Below are positions 1 through 9,909 of a DNA stretch of 59,125 nt, piece by piece. The stretch comes from Eubacteriales bacterium (GTDB taxonomy: Bacteria; Bacillota; Clostridia; Oscillospirales; CAG-272). How positions within the stretch are numbered: position 1 is the stretch's first letter; every line of letters starts with the position of its first letter. The position numbers and the translations under genes are program-made. The stretch covers positions 1 through 59,125 of the forward strand of contig JAZNEQ010000168.1 of the NCBI GenBank assembly GCA_045588715.1, read 5' to 3'. The notes beneath the pieces were generated by a model that saw only the letters and a list, made by a program, of their open reading frames with translations, was not told where the DNA came from and made no database searches.

Positions 1-1151
1 TGGTTCTTCAGAGACTGCGCGACGCGGCGGAGAAGGCAAAGATCGAGCTTTCCGGTATGGCTTCCACCTCAATCAATCTCCCCTTTATCACGGCGACTGC
101 GGCAGGTCCCTTGCACTTTGAGGCAACACTTAGCCGTGCGGAGTTTGAACGCATTACCGCAGACCTCGTTGAGAGAACCATAGTTCCCACCAAAAAGGCG
201 CTCTCCGACGCGGGTCTTAGCGTAAATCAGATCGACAAGGTCCTTCTCGTCGGCGGTTCTACCAGAATTCCCGCCGTTCAGGAGGCTGTGAAAAAGTTTA
301 TCGGCAAGGAGCCCTTCAAGGGTATCAACCCCGATGAGTGTGTTGCGATCGGCGCGGCGATCCAGGGCGGTGTCCTTGGCGGTGACGTGAAGGATCTGTT
401 GCTCCTTGACGTAACCCCTCTGTCTCTCGGTATCGAGACACTCGGCGGTGTATTCAACCGCATCATCGAGCGCAATACCACCATTCCCGTAAAGAAGAGC
501 CAGATCTATTCTACCGCAGCTGATGGACAGAGCTCCGTTGAGATCCACGTTCTCCAGGGTGAGCGCGAGATGGCAGCCAACAATACCACGCTTGGTCGCT
601 TTATTCTCGACGGCATCACACCCGCTCCCCGTGGCATTCCTCAGATCGAGGTTACCTTTGATATCGATGCAAACGGCATTGTAAACGTTACCGCACAGGA
701 TAAGGGTACGGGTAAGGAGCAGCACATTACCATCACCTCCTCCACCAATATGAGTAAGGAGGATATCGATCGCGCCGTTCAGGATGCCGAGAGATTTGCC
801 GAGGAGGATAAGAAGGCGAGAGAAGCAGTTGATGTAAAGAACCATGCGGAAACGATGATCTTCCAGAGCGAAAAGACACTTTCCGAGCTTGGCGATAAGG
901 CGGATCCTGCAGACGCTGAAAACGTGAAGGCAGCTATTGAAAAGCTGAAGGAGACCCTTAAGGGCGGCGACGTTGAAGCGATCAAGGCAGATACCGCGGC
1001 AGTAGAGCAAGCGTTCTACAAGATCTCCGAAAAGCTTTACAGCCAGCAGGCGGGCGCTGCGGGTGCAGATCCCAACGCCGGTGCTGACGGTCAGGACGGA
1101 ACCTACTACAACGCAAGCTACGAGGATAACTCGCAAAATAACAATCAGTAA
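1..1151 (+). CDS. dnaK: Molecular chaperone DnaK (Hsp70), C-terminal ~380 aa; the 5' end lies outside the window
   Basis: The frame is open from the window edge ([17 protein letters not shown]...). Hsp70 substrate-binding motifs [11 protein letters not shown] and [17 protein letters not shown] are present. dnaJ follows immediately. Confidence 0.97.
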   Translation, partial: VLQRLRDAAEKAKIELSGMASTSINLPFITATAAGPLHFEATLSRAEFERITADLVERTIVPTKKALSDAGLSVNQIDKVLLVGGSTRIPAVQEAVKKFIGKEPFKGINPDECVAIGAAIQGGVLGGDVKDLLLLDVTPLSLGIETLGGVFNRIIERNTTIPVKKSQIYSTAADGQSSVEIHVLQGEREMAANNTTLGRFILDGITPAPRGIPQIEVTFDIDANGIVNVTAQDKGTGKEQHITITSSTNMSKEDIDRAVQDAERFAEEDKKAREAVDVKNHAETMIFQSEKTLSELGDKADPADAENVKAAIEKLKETLKGGDVEAIKADTAAVEQAFYKISEKLYSQQAGAAGADPNAGADGQDGTYYNASYEDNSQNNNQ

Positions 1152-1170
1152 TTAAAATACACACGTTTTT

Positions 1171-1200
1171 CGGGAAAGGCGATTTTTGTCGCCTTTCCCG
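1171..1200 (+). promoter_or_regulatory. Perfect 12-bp stem-loop between dnaK and dnaJ (attenuator or mRNA-processing hairpin; no 3' U-tract)
   Basis: cgggaaaggcga-tttttg-tcgcctttcccg. It sits 20 nt after the dnaK stop. Confidence 0.5.
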
Positions 1201-1280
1201 TAAGGTGTATTTCGGCGATCCGTGCAGATTTGCCAAAATGGGTGCGGATGACCGAAATACAGCATCACGAAAGGGTTACT

Positions 1281-2426
1281 ATGGCAGACAAGAGAGATTA
1301 CTACGAGGTCCTTGGCGTTGATAAAAACGCCGATGCGGGCACGATTAAAAAAGCATATTACAAGCTTGCAAAGAAATATCACCCCGATACCAATCCGGGG
1401 GATAAGGTGGCAGAGGAAAAGTTTAAAGAAGCAAACGAGGCTTACGAGGTGCTTTCCGATGCCGATAAAAAGGCAAAATACGATCAGTTTGGGCATGCTG
1501 CCTTCGATCCCTCCATGGGTGGGGGTGCCGATGGCTTTGGCGGCTTTGGCGGTTTTGGTGACTTCGGTGACCTTGGCGACATTTTGGGCGGTATGTTTGG
1601 CGGCGCGTTTGGCGGTGGCGGTGCAAGACGTCGCAACGGTCCCATCCCCGGCGAGGATATTGGAACCACGGTCAATATTTCGTTTGAAGAAGCCGTATTC
1701 GGTGTAAAAAAGGATATTTCCTATTCCCGTGTTTGCCGTTGTTCCGATTGTAAGGGAAGTGGCTCTGCCGACGGCTCGGCACCCGAGACCTGCTCGGTCT
1801 GCCGCGGAAGCGGTCAGGTGCGCCGTGTACAGCGTATGGGCGGCATGTCCTTCCAGTCTACCGCTCCCTGTGATGCTTGCCGCGGAAGCGGAAAGATCAT
1901 TAAAAATCCCTGCTCGAAGTGCCGTGGCTCGGGGATGGCAAGAGAAAACAAGCGACTTACGGTTTCGATCCCCGCAGGTATCGACCACGGAGAGCGTGTT
2001 GCTTTGCGCGGACAGGGAAACGACGGTAGAAACGGGGGACCCGCGGGAGACCTCATTCTTTCGGTTTCGGTGCGCTCGCACGCGATCTTCGAGCGTGATG
2101 GCTACGATATTTATTGCGAGGTACCCCTCACGGTTGCCGAGGCAACGCTTGGCGCCGAGATCGACGTGCCCACTCTTGAAGGAAACGAAAAATACAACGT
2201 TCCCGAGGGAACGCAGCCGGGAACCAAGTTTACCATGCGTTCGAAGGGGGTTCCTTACGTCAACGGAAATGGCAGACGCGGAGACCTTATTTTCCGCGTA
2301 ACGGTTGAGATCCCCAAGGGACTTAACGACAAGCAAAAGGCGGCGATGAAGGCATTTGCCGACAGCTGCGGTGAGAGCAATTATGCAAAGCACAAGCAGT
2401 TTTTCAAAAAGATCTTTGGTAAATAA
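1281..2426 (+). CDS. dnaJ: Co-chaperone DnaJ (Hsp40)
   Basis: J-domain (DYYEVLGV...YHPD), a G/F-rich linker and four CxxCxGxG zinc-finger repeats. ATG 1281 (MADKRDYY) is preferred over the upstream ORF start at 1230. Confidence 0.96.
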   Translation: MADKRDYYEVLGVDKNADAGTIKKAYYKLAKKYHPDTNPGDKVAEEKFKEANEAYEVLSDADKKAKYDQFGHAAFDPSMGGGADGFGGFGGFGDFGDLGDILGGMFGGAFGGGGARRRNGPIPGEDIGTTVNISFEEAVFGVKKDISYSRVCRCSDCKGSGSADGSAPETCSVCRGSGQVRRVQRMGGMSFQSTAPCDACRGSGKIIKNPCSKCRGSGMARENKRLTVSIPAGIDHGERVALRGQGNDGRNGGPAGDLILSVSVRSHAIFERDGYDIYCEVPLTVAEATLGAEIDVPTLEGNEKYNVPEGTQPGTKFTMRSKGVPYVNGNGRRGDLIFRVTVEIPKGLNDKQKAAMKAFADSCGESNYAKHKQFFKKIFGK

Positions 2427-2445
2427 GTCGATATAAGGAGTTATC

Positions 2446-3402
2446 ATGATAGATCAGGATTATGTATGCGGCGATTACGGTACCGCGACCGAGTGGACAC
2501 AGATTCGCGTTACCGTAAAGCTGGAGGAGCTGGATTCTCTGACCGCGATTATGAGCATGGTTTCCAACAACCTGCAAATTGAGGATTATAGCGATATCGA
2601 TTTGAAGACCTGTTACGGTGACCTGATCGACGAAAGCATTCTCAATGCCGACAAGACCATCGCGTCGGTGTCGGTTTACATTCCGGCGGAACGCAGCCTT
2701 GCAGAATGTATCTCCTTTTTAAAGGAACGTTTCCTTTCTGTCGGATTGATCGACGCAAAGCTTGAAACGGTTGGTGTTAACGAGGAGGACTGGGCAAACT
2801 CCTGGAAGGCTTACTACAAGCCGATTAAGATCGGTGAGCGGCTGGTGATCGTTCCCGCATGGGAAAAGTATACCCCCGCCGAGGGGGAGCTTGTCGTTCG
2901 TATGGATCCCGGTATGGCATTCGGTACGGGAACGCACGAAACGACGCGACTTGTCATCAAGCTCCTTGAAAGCTACACGAAGCCGGGATGCCGTATGCTT
3001 GACGTTGGTACGGGGAGCGGAATTCTTGCCATCTGTGCCTCCAAGCTTGGTGCGGGCGAGTGCCGTGCGTACGATATTGACCCCATGGCGGTACGCGTTG
3101 CCAACGAAAACATTAAAGACAGCGGTCTTACAAACATTACCTGCGAGGTTTCCGATCTTCTTCGCCACGTGGACAGAAGCGCAAAGTATGACCTTATTTG
3201 CGCCAATATCGTTGCGGATATCATCATCCGTATGACGCCCGACGTGGGAGAATTGATGCACGAAAACACTGTCCTTCTGGCTTCGGGGATCATTCTGGAG
3301 CGCAGCGAGGACGTGATCGAATGCTTTGAAAAGAACGGATTTAAGATCGTAGAAAAATTAGTTGACAACGGTTGGTGCGGCTTGGCTGTGATGAAAAAAT
3401 AA
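2446..3402 (+). CDS. prmA: Ribosomal protein L11 methyltransferase
   Basis: SAM-binding motif LDVGTGSGILA, PrmA-typical length, classic dnaK-dnaJ-prmA order, and an AAGGAG RBS. Confidence 0.93.
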   Translation: MIDQDYVCGDYGTATEWTQIRVTVKLEELDSLTAIMSMVSNNLQIEDYSDIDLKTCYGDLIDESILNADKTIASVSVYIPAERSLAECISFLKERFLSVGLIDAKLETVGVNEEDWANSWKAYYKPIKIGERLVIVPAWEKYTPAEGELVVRMDPGMAFGTGTHETTRLVIKLLESYTKPGCRMLDVGTGSGILAICASKLGAGECRAYDIDPMAVRVANENIKDSGLTNITCEVSDLLRHVDRSAKYDLICANIVADIIIRMTPDVGELMHENTVLLASGIILERSEDVIECFEKNGFKIVEKLVDNGWCGLAVMKK

Positions 3403-3453
3403 AAAATGCTTGCGATATGCGGACTAAAAGCAGTATATCGCAAGCATTTTTTT
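3400..3453. terminator. Bidirectional intrinsic terminator (prmA / AraC convergent pair)
   Basis: A-tract, then a 13-bp stem atgcttgcgatat...atatcgcaagcat, then a T6 tract. Confidence 0.8.
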
Positions 3454-3491
3454 ATCAACGGAGTAAAGCTTTGTTATTCACGGTGAATGAA

Positions 3492-4286
3492 TTATTTGAG
3501 ATAGCTCTCTCTGTAAATTTTTCGGCATTTTCCGGGAGAGACCCCAAGGTGGCGTTTAAATACGTTGGTCAGATATTGTTGGGTACCGAACCCACAACGC
3601 TCTGCAACCTCTTCGATGGAGAGGGAGGTCGCACACAAAAGCTCCCGTGCCCCAGCAATGCGGCACTCAGTCAGATACGCGTGTGGGGTCATCCCATAGG
3701 TGGCGGTAAAAACCGAATGGAAATAAGAGGGACTGAGATTGGCAGCAGATGCGATATCCAAAAGCTTGATGCCTTTCGTGTAATTCTCGTGGATAAAGTT
3801 TTTCGCCTTTTCCACAGCGATCGCGACGTCGCTTTCTTCATCGCGCGACATGGTTCCGTCCTTGATAAAATAAGACAAAAGAGAAAGCAAATGACTGTAA
3901 AGCAAAAGAGGATCGGCATCATTTTGCGTTTTCAAAGCAATCAAGGCGTCAAAATGTTTTTCAATTTCATAAGTGTGAAAGGCAGGGAAGTAGGAGGGGA
4001 GCGCTGTAAGCGCTTCGGCGATCGCGCCTTCCGCCTCCAGCTTTAAAAACTTGGTTGTGAAGGGAAGCTCGCTGTTGCACATCTCCCCCGGGCGGCCGAT
4101 GAGAACGTGATGCTTTTTGATGCGATAGACGCGGTCGTCCGAAAAAGTGTTTTTTCCATTTTCAAGATAATACTCTATTTCAAACATAGTGCGTGTGCGT
4201 TTTGGCGAGAGTGTGAGATCTCCAAAAATAGCACAGTCAAAATATCCGCAAAAAAGATGAGACGGGAGGATGGGAGCACTCTGCAT
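3492..4286 (-). CDS. AraC family transcriptional regulator
   Basis: C-terminal double HTH (LLDIASAANLSPSYFHSVFTATYGMTPHAYL...IEEVAERCGFGTQQYLTNVFKRHLGVSPGK). It is divergent from the DUF5107 gene. Confidence 0.9.
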   Translation of the reverse strand: MQSAPILPSHLFCGYFDCAIFGDLTLSPKRTRTMFEIEYYLENGKNTFSDDRVYRIKKHHVLIGRPGEMCNSELPFTTKFLKLEAEGAIAEALTALPSYFPAFHTYEIEKHFDALIALKTQNDADPLLLYSHLLSLLSYFIKDGTMSRDEESDVAIAVEKAKNFIHENYTKGIKLLDIASAANLSPSYFHSVFTATYGMTPHAYLTECRIAGARELLCATSLSIEEVAERCGFGTQQYLTNVFKRHLGVSPGKCRKIYRESYLK

Positions 4287-4415
4287 AGTATACCTCTGAA
4301 AAAGTAAGATTTCATAAAAACAAGGGATGTTTGTATATAGAAACGAAAAGGGGAGTTAGGTATAATTATCATATCACAGTTTTTTTGATCCGTCAATCGA
4401 AAGAGAGGAAAAAAG

Positions 4416-7400
4416 ATGAATAAAGTTGAAATTTCCATCGAAAAACTGGTTTTGCCTACTTATCACGAGCCCGCTGCCGAGGAATTTCCGATGTTTGCGG
4501 AAAATCGGGTACACCAAAGAACCAGTGGAAATCCGTATCCCAACAAAATCGTTGCAAGAGTAGATCGCGCAAATTGTACAGATCGGGAGTATATTTCCGT
4601 AAGACTTGAAAACGAGTTCGTTCGCGTGGTGATCCTCCCCGAGATTGGTGGACGTATTTACAGTGCGACCGATAAAATAACGGGATATGATTTCTTTTAC
4701 AAGCAGCACGTCATTAAGCCTGCTCTGATTGGTGTGCTTGGCTCCTGGATCTCGGGGGGCGTTGAATTTAACTGGCCATTCCACCACCGTGCCTCGGGAT
4801 ATATGGCGTGTGATTTCCACACGGAGGAATTGGAGGACGGAAGTGCCGTTTGCCATTTGTCAGAGCACGATCCTATCGACCGTATGAAGGGAATGTTCAG
4901 CATTGTGCTGCGCCCGGGGGAAAGCTTCTTTGAAACGCGGATGCGTCTTTATAACCGCACCGACACAAAGCATTCCTTCCTTTGGTGGGAGAATGCAGCC
5001 GTTCCGGTAAATGAAAATTATCAAATCTTTTTCCCACAGGACGTAACCTACGTCAATTTCCATTATCTTAAATCGCGTATCACATTTCCCATTGCGGGGA
5101 ATGGGGTGTTTAACGGAATTCCCATGAAGGAGCCGCGAGACATCTCCTACCACAAAAATACAAGAGAGGCGACCTCTTATTTTGCAAGTGCCTCCGACTT
5201 TGATTTCTTCGGTGGGTATGACCATGGCAAGGAATGCGGCGTTGTCCATATCGGTGACCATCATCTTTCTCCCGGGAAAAAGATGTTTACCTGGGCATAC
5301 GGACAGCTGTCGCGCTCATGGGAGCGAGCACTGACCGATACCGACGGACAGTATGCGGAGCTGATGGCAGGCTCCTATTCAGACAATCAGCCCGATTTTT
5401 CCTGGCTTGCACCTTATGAAACCAAGGAGTTTTCTCAATACTGGTATCCCATTTCAAAAATCGGAACGCCTACCTTTGCAAATCTCAATGCCGCCTTCCG
5501 CATCACACGCGAAGAAAACAAAGCCATGCTTTCACTTCAGGCTTGCCGTGTTTATAAAAATGCACGCGTCAGAGTTTTCGACGATACGAAAACGTATTTT
5601 GAAACCGAGACCGATCTTTCTCCGGCGACACCTTGTCTCTTTTCACTTCCCGAAATTCCCGCGTTTGTTACGGTGGAGGTATGTGACGCACAGGGTGAGA
5701 TCATTGCGGAATATACGGAGCAGAGGTATGACGAATTCAATATGCCGCCTGTGATCACAGATATGCCGCTTGCCGCTGAAATGCAATCGGCAGAGGCACT
5801 TTATCTTGCGGGGGTGCACGTGGATCAGTACCGCGACCCGGCGGTTACCCCCGATGCTTATTGGCGCGTGGCACTGGAACGCGATCCCAATCATATCCCG
5901 TCCTTGATCGCAATGGCAAAATATGCTTACCGCAACTACCTTTTCGATGAGGCGGAGGCGTATGCGCGCCGTGCTCTTTCGGTGCTTTGTACCTTCAACA
6001 AGCATCCCGAAAGTGGGGAAGCTTATTACGTTTTGGGACAGATCCTGGAAGCAAAGGGTGAGATCAAGGGGGCGTATGATGCATACTATAGCGCCGCCTT
6101 TGCCGCCGATTACGTTGCCGCGGCAATGACACGTATCTCCGTGATTGATCTTAAAAACAAGGATTTCAAGGCAGCAAAGAAGCATGCACTGCTTTCCTTG
6201 GATTATGCAAAAAACAATGCACTTTCCCGTGCGGTGCTTTTGGTTGCGCTTAAGGCTTCGGGAGAGGAAGCACGCGCAGCAGCTCTTTCAAAGCGTTATC
6301 TTGAAGAGGATCCGCTGGATCATCTGATCCGCTATCTGTCGGGAGATGCACGCTTCTACCAATCCCTGTATTCCTCGCCGAGTCAGACCTGCCTTGACCT
6401 TTGTGAGGATCTGGAGGCGATGGGACTGTACCGTGAGGCAAAGGCGCTTCTTGAAGGTCTCGTTTCTTACAACAAGGGAGAAGGATATCGCACAGTGCAG
6501 TATGCCATCGGTTACTATTCCGCTCTTTGCGGCGAGGATCCCGCAAGATCCTATGCGGCGGCTGAACGCGCAGAGATCGGCCGTACCTTCCCCGCACGCA
6601 GGTCTGAAATGCGGATGCTGGAGGCGGTAATCGCCTACAACGGCTCAAACAATGCGAAGACCCTGTTGGGATGCTTGCTGTATCACAAGCGCCACTATAA
6701 GACTGCGGTGGCTCTTTGGGAGGAGTGCGGCGACGACGTAATGGCAAAACGAAATTTGGCGGTTGCTTATTTCAGTCATCTGTCAAGGAAGGAAGAGGCA
6801 CTCTCCATTATGCTGGAGTTGACCCGTACCTATCCAGAGGATGAAACGCTCCTTTACGAAACGGTTGTTTTAATGAATAAAATGAACCGCCCTGCCAAAG
6901 AAAAGATCGACCTTTGCCTCTCTCACAGCTTTACGCGTGACGATATCACCGTAGAGCTTGTCAAGGCATACAACCAGGCATCTCTCTATGACAATGCACT
7001 ACAAACCCTGATGTCGCACAACTTCGTTCCCTGCGAGGGAGGCGAGCATTCCATTGCAGACCAGTATATTTTCGCGTATCTTGCCAAGGGAAGAGAAGCG
7101 CTTGCCGATAAGGACTATCCGCGCGCGAACGAGCTGTTTTTGACGGGCGAGCAATTGCCGGAGCACTTGGGCGCCGGAATTTGGAATCACTGCAAGCTCA
7201 TTCCTCTGCGTTATCACCGCGCCCTTGCTCTTGAGGGGATGGGACGTACAGAGGAAGCGCGTGAAATATACCGCTACGTTGCAACGACAGAGATCGAGTA
7301 CTTTAGCAATATGCACTTGCCGGAGCTTCCGTTCTATCAAGCACTTTCTTACGAGCGCTTGGGGGATGAGTTGGCATCTCGCAGGCTGATTACCGAATAC

Positions 7401-7628
7401 AAACGCGCATGGGGCAATATCAAGTCGAAAAAGGACAACGGCTTTTTTGGAACGACGCCCTTCTTTATGCCCTTTATCGATACGGCATCCGACCTGCGTG
7501 CCTCCTACGGCTTGTACCTTGAAGGACTGATTGCACGCCTTGAAGGAAAAGAAGAACTCGCACACGGGCTTTTACTTAAATCCTATGCGCTGAATAACGA
7601 CCGTCTTACGGCACGTCTTTACTCATAA
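4416..7628 (+). CDS. DUF5107-domain protein with a long C-terminal TPR-like helical region (1070 aa, no signal peptide)
   Basis: The N-terminal ~350 aa resemble the DUF5107 family (ENRVHQRTSGNPYP, GGVEFNWPFHHR). The remaining ~600 aa are alpha-helical repeats rich in A/L/Y, which is TPR-like. RBS GAGAGGAAAAAAGATG. Confidence 0.75.
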   Translation: MNKVEISIEKLVLPTYHEPAAEEFPMFAENRVHQRTSGNPYPNKIVARVDRANCTDREYISVRLENEFVRVVILPEIGGRIYSATDKITGYDFFYKQHVIKPALIGVLGSWISGGVEFNWPFHHRASGYMACDFHTEELEDGSAVCHLSEHDPIDRMKGMFSIVLRPGESFFETRMRLYNRTDTKHSFLWWENAAVPVNENYQIFFPQDVTYVNFHYLKSRITFPIAGNGVFNGIPMKEPRDISYHKNTREATSYFASASDFDFFGGYDHGKECGVVHIGDHHLSPGKKMFTWAYGQLSRSWERALTDTDGQYAELMAGSYSDNQPDFSWLAPYETKEFSQYWYPISKIGTPTFANLNAAFRITREENKAMLSLQACRVYKNARVRVFDDTKTYFETETDLSPATPCLFSLPEIPAFVTVEVCDAQGEIIAEYTEQRYDEFNMPPVITDMPLAAEMQSAEALYLAGVHVDQYRDPAVTPDAYWRVALERDPNHIPSLIAMAKYAYRNYLFDEAEAYARRALSVLCTFNKHPESGEAYYVLGQILEAKGEIKGAYDAYYSAAFAADYVAAAMTRISVIDLKNKDFKAAKKHALLSLDYAKNNALSRAVLLVALKASGEEARAAALSKRYLEEDPLDHLIRYLSGDARFYQSLYSSPSQTCLDLCEDLEAMGLYREAKALLEGLVSYNKGEGYRTVQYAIGYYSALCGEDPARSYAAAERAEIGRTFPARRSEMRMLEAVIAYNGSNNAKTLLGCLLYHKRHYKTAVALWEECGDDVMAKRNLAVAYFSHLSRKEEALSIMLELTRTYPEDETLLYETVVLMNKMNRPAKEKIDLCLSHSFTRDDITVELVKAYNQASLYDNALQTLMSHNFVPCEGGEHSIADQYIFAYLAKGREALADKDYPRANELFLTGEQLPEHLGAGIWNHCKLIPLRYHRALALEGMGRTEEAREIYRYVATTEIEYFSNMHLPELPFYQALSYERLGDELASRRLITEYKRAWGNIKSKKDNGFFGTTPFFMPFIDTASDLRASYGLYLEGLIARLEGKEELAHGLLLKSYALNNDRLTARLYS

Positions 7629-7640
7629 CGCATGATAAAA

Positions 7641-7686
7641 AGCACTTACACGGAATGATTTTTTGGTTCTGTGTAAGTGCTTTTTT
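7641..7686 (+). terminator. Intrinsic terminator after the DUF5107 gene
   Basis: agcacttacac...gtgtaagtgct stem followed by TTTTT. Confidence 0.75.
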
Positions 7687-7731
7687 ACGCCCTGTGTTAA
7701 AAAAAGACGATTTTTTGCTAAAAAGTTGAAT

Positions 7732-7758
7732 TGTTTACAAAAAAGTGTTTACAAAAAG
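7732..7758 (+). repeat. Tandem direct repeat TGTTTACAAAAA(A)G x2 that creates two -35-like boxes
   Basis: Copies at 7732-7745 and 7746-7758. The second copy supplies the -35 of the pyrH promoter. Confidence 0.7.
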
Positions 7759-7776
7759 ATGATTCTGTAGTAAAAT
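7748..7776 (+). promoter_or_regulatory. Sigma-A-type promoter for the pyrH operon
   Basis: TTTACA, 17 nt, TAAAAT, located 36 nt upstream of pyrH. Confidence 0.6.
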
Positions 7777-7811
7777 ATAGTGGAATATATTTATAAGGAG
7801 AAGCTTGCTTT

Positions 7812-8522
7812 ATGGAACAACCGAAATATCACCGTGTTTTACTCAAGCTTTCGGGCGAGGCTCTTTCAAAAGGGAGCGAGGGGATCCTCGATTTCGATTT
7901 TATCGAAAAGGTAGCAAAACAGATCAAACGTTGTACCGATGCCGGGGTTCAGGTCGCCGTGATCGTGGGCGCGGGCAATATATGGAGAGGCAGACAGGGT
8001 ACGGAAATGGATCGTTGCCGCGCCGATCACATGGGAATGCTTGCGACTGCGATCAACTCGCTGGCATTGCAGGACGTATTCCTTCGCGTTGGAATGGATG
8101 CCGTTGTTATGACCGCAGTTGAGATGGACGCCTTTGCCGAGCATTACACGGTAAGAGGCGCTGTTGAGGCATTGGAACAGGGACGGGTCGTTATCTTCGG
8201 TTGCGGACTGGGAACGCCTTATTTTTCAACCGATACGGCGGCGGCGCTTCGCGCAGCCGAGATCGGTGCGGATTGCATTTTGATGGCAAAGAACATCGAT
8301 GCCATTTACAGTGCCGATCCCAAAAAGGATCCTACGGCGGTTCGCTATTCCGATCTGACCTATTTACAGATCATCGATAAAAATTTGCGCGCACTGGATA
8401 TGTCCTCCGCGATCTTCTGCATGGATAACGATATCCGTGGTTATGCCTTTGGCCTTGCCGATCCCGAAAACATCTACCGCGTGGTAATGGGTGAGGCAGT
8501 CGGTACTGCAATTCACAACTAA
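7812..8522 (+). CDS. pyrH: UMP kinase
   Basis: KLSGEAL and GAGNIWRG motifs. pyrH-frr synteny. Confidence 0.96.
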   Translation: MEQPKYHRVLLKLSGEALSKGSEGILDFDFIEKVAKQIKRCTDAGVQVAVIVGAGNIWRGRQGTEMDRCRADHMGMLATAINSLALQDVFLRVGMDAVVMTAVEMDAFAEHYTVRGAVEALEQGRVVIFGCGLGTPYFSTDTAAALRAAEIGADCILMAKNIDAIYSADPKKDPTAVRYSDLTYLQIIDKNLRALDMSSAIFCMDNDIRGYAFGLADPENIYRVVMGEAVGTAIHN

Positions 8523-8558
8523 AAATCATAATAATTTACATATGAGGGGAGTCAAACA

Positions 8559-9113
8559 ATGAAATTCAACACAAAAGCAACAGAAGAAAGAATGCAAAAG
8601 AGTGTAAGTGCTTATGAAAACAACCTTTCTACCATTCGCGCAAGTCAGGCAAACGGCGCGATCGTTTCCAAGGTGACCTTTGATTATTACGGCTCGGCAA
8701 CCAAGCTGACCGATATGGCGTCTGTCGCTGTAACCGACCCCAAGACCCTGACCATCACCCCCTACGACCGTTCCACGCTCAAGGCAATGGTCAAGGCGAT
8801 CCAGGCATCCGACATCGGCATCAACCCTGTTGACGACGGTACGGTCATCCGTCTTGTTTTCCCGCCTCTGACCGAGGAACACCGTAAGGGGCTTGCAAAG
8901 CAGATCCAAAAGCTTTCCGAGGATGCACGCGTTGCTGTTCGCAACGTTCGCAGAGATGCCAACGACGATATCAAAAAACAGAAGAAAGATGGCACTATGA
9001 CCGAGGACGAGCAAAAAGCAGGCGAAAAGTCGGTACAGGATCTGACCGACCGTTATATCAAGATGATCGATGAGATCACCTCCAAAAAGGAAAAGGAGAT
9101 CATGCAGATCTGA
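8559..9113 (+). CDS. frr: Ribosome recycling factor
   Basis: 184 aa with typical RRF sequence (LSTIRASQANGAIV...PPLTEEHRKGLAK). Confidence 0.96.
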   Translation: MKFNTKATEERMQKSVSAYENNLSTIRASQANGAIVSKVTFDYYGSATKLTDMASVAVTDPKTLTITPYDRSTLKAMVKAIQASDIGINPVDDGTVIRLVFPPLTEEHRKGLAKQIQKLSEDARVAVRNVRRDANDDIKKQKKDGTMTEDEQKAGEKSVQDLTDRYIKMIDEITSKKEKEIMQI

Positions 9114-9151
9114 TCTTGCCTTTTTAAAAGTTTTGTGGACGGAGTAAAGCA

Positions 9152-9874
9152 ATGTTTTTTAAAAAAGCTCAAAAAAAGCAGGAAAGACCCATTGTTGACG
9201 AGCGACTTCAGCACATTGCGTTCATTATGGACGGAAACGGACGTTGGGCGCAAAAAAGGGGAATGCCACGTGAATTCGGGCATTCGCACGGCGCCGCTAC
9301 CTTTAAGAAGGTAGGACGCTATTGCGAAAGCATCGGTCTTAAATATATGACCGTGTATGCGTTCTCCACCGAAAACTGGAAGCGGCCGCAAAAAGAGGTT
9401 GACACCATTATGAAGATCCTTGATGAGTATATCGAGGAGTGTTTTATCGAGATGGTAGATGACAACGTTCATTTCCGCTTTATTGGAAACTTGGATATTT
9501 TTCCCCTGGAATTGCGTGAAAAAATGAATAAGATCGATCGCGAGACTGCGCATAAGCCTTTTTTGTTAAACATTGCCGTAAATTACGGTGGGCGTGAGGA
9601 AATCGTTCATGCCTGCCGTGAATTGATTCGAAAGGGCGCCTCCGACGTAACGGAGGCTGACATTTCGGCGCATACGTATACCTCCTGCTGTCCGGACCCG
9701 GATCTTGTTGTCAGAACGGGAGGAGACCTTCGTATTTCCAATTTTCTTCTTTGGCAATCCGCGTATACGGAATACTACTTTACAGACGTGCTTTGGCCCG
9801 ACTTTTCCTCAAAGGACGTGGATGCGGCGGTGGCGGCATTCTATGCAAGAAAGCGTCGCTACGGCGGTGTTTGA
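9152..9874 (+). CDS. uppS: Isoprenyl transferase / undecaprenyl diphosphate synthase
   Basis: IMDGNGRWA and RTGGDLRISNFLLWQSAYTE motifs. Confidence 0.95.
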   Translation: MFFKKAQKKQERPIVDERLQHIAFIMDGNGRWAQKRGMPREFGHSHGAATFKKVGRYCESIGLKYMTVYAFSTENWKRPQKEVDTIMKILDEYIEECFIEMVDDNVHFRFIGNLDIFPLELREKMNKIDRETAHKPFLLNIAVNYGGREEIVHACRELIRKGASDVTEADISAHTYTSCCPDPDLVVRTGGDLRISNFLLWQSAYTEYYFTDVLWPDFSSKDVDAAVAAFYARKRRYGGV

Positions 9875-9909
9875 TTGCGTACTATTTTGATTAGGAGACG
9901 TTTTTTCTT

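Noticed and set aside
1152-1280. A possible CIRCE (HrcA) operator in the dnaK-dnaJ spacer.
   Set aside because: There is no TTAGCACTC-N9-GAGTGCTAA-like sequence here. Only a GC-rich hairpin is present. CIRCE would be expected upstream of hrcA or groES, outside this window.
1500-1640. Tandem-looking GGC/TTT-rich DNA repeats (ggctttggcggctttggcggttttggtgacttcggtgac...).
   Set aside because: This is the coding sequence of the DnaJ G/F-rich linker, so it is a compositional repeat within a CDS and not a satellite or CRISPR-like element.
69-2447. Very long antisense ORFs opposite dnaK (69..1136, 355 aa) and dnaJ (1152..2447, 431 aa). Similar cases lie opposite ispG (13652..14446), polC (16488..17510), potA (34371..35117), potC (36049..36723), the permease (50062..50673), the SBP (51387..52226) and the lipoprotein (53243..53926).
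   Set aside because: The sense strands encode unmistakable conserved proteins. The antisense translations are low-complexity (R/G/S/C-rich), lack RBSs and have no recognisable motifs. They are typical shadow ORFs.
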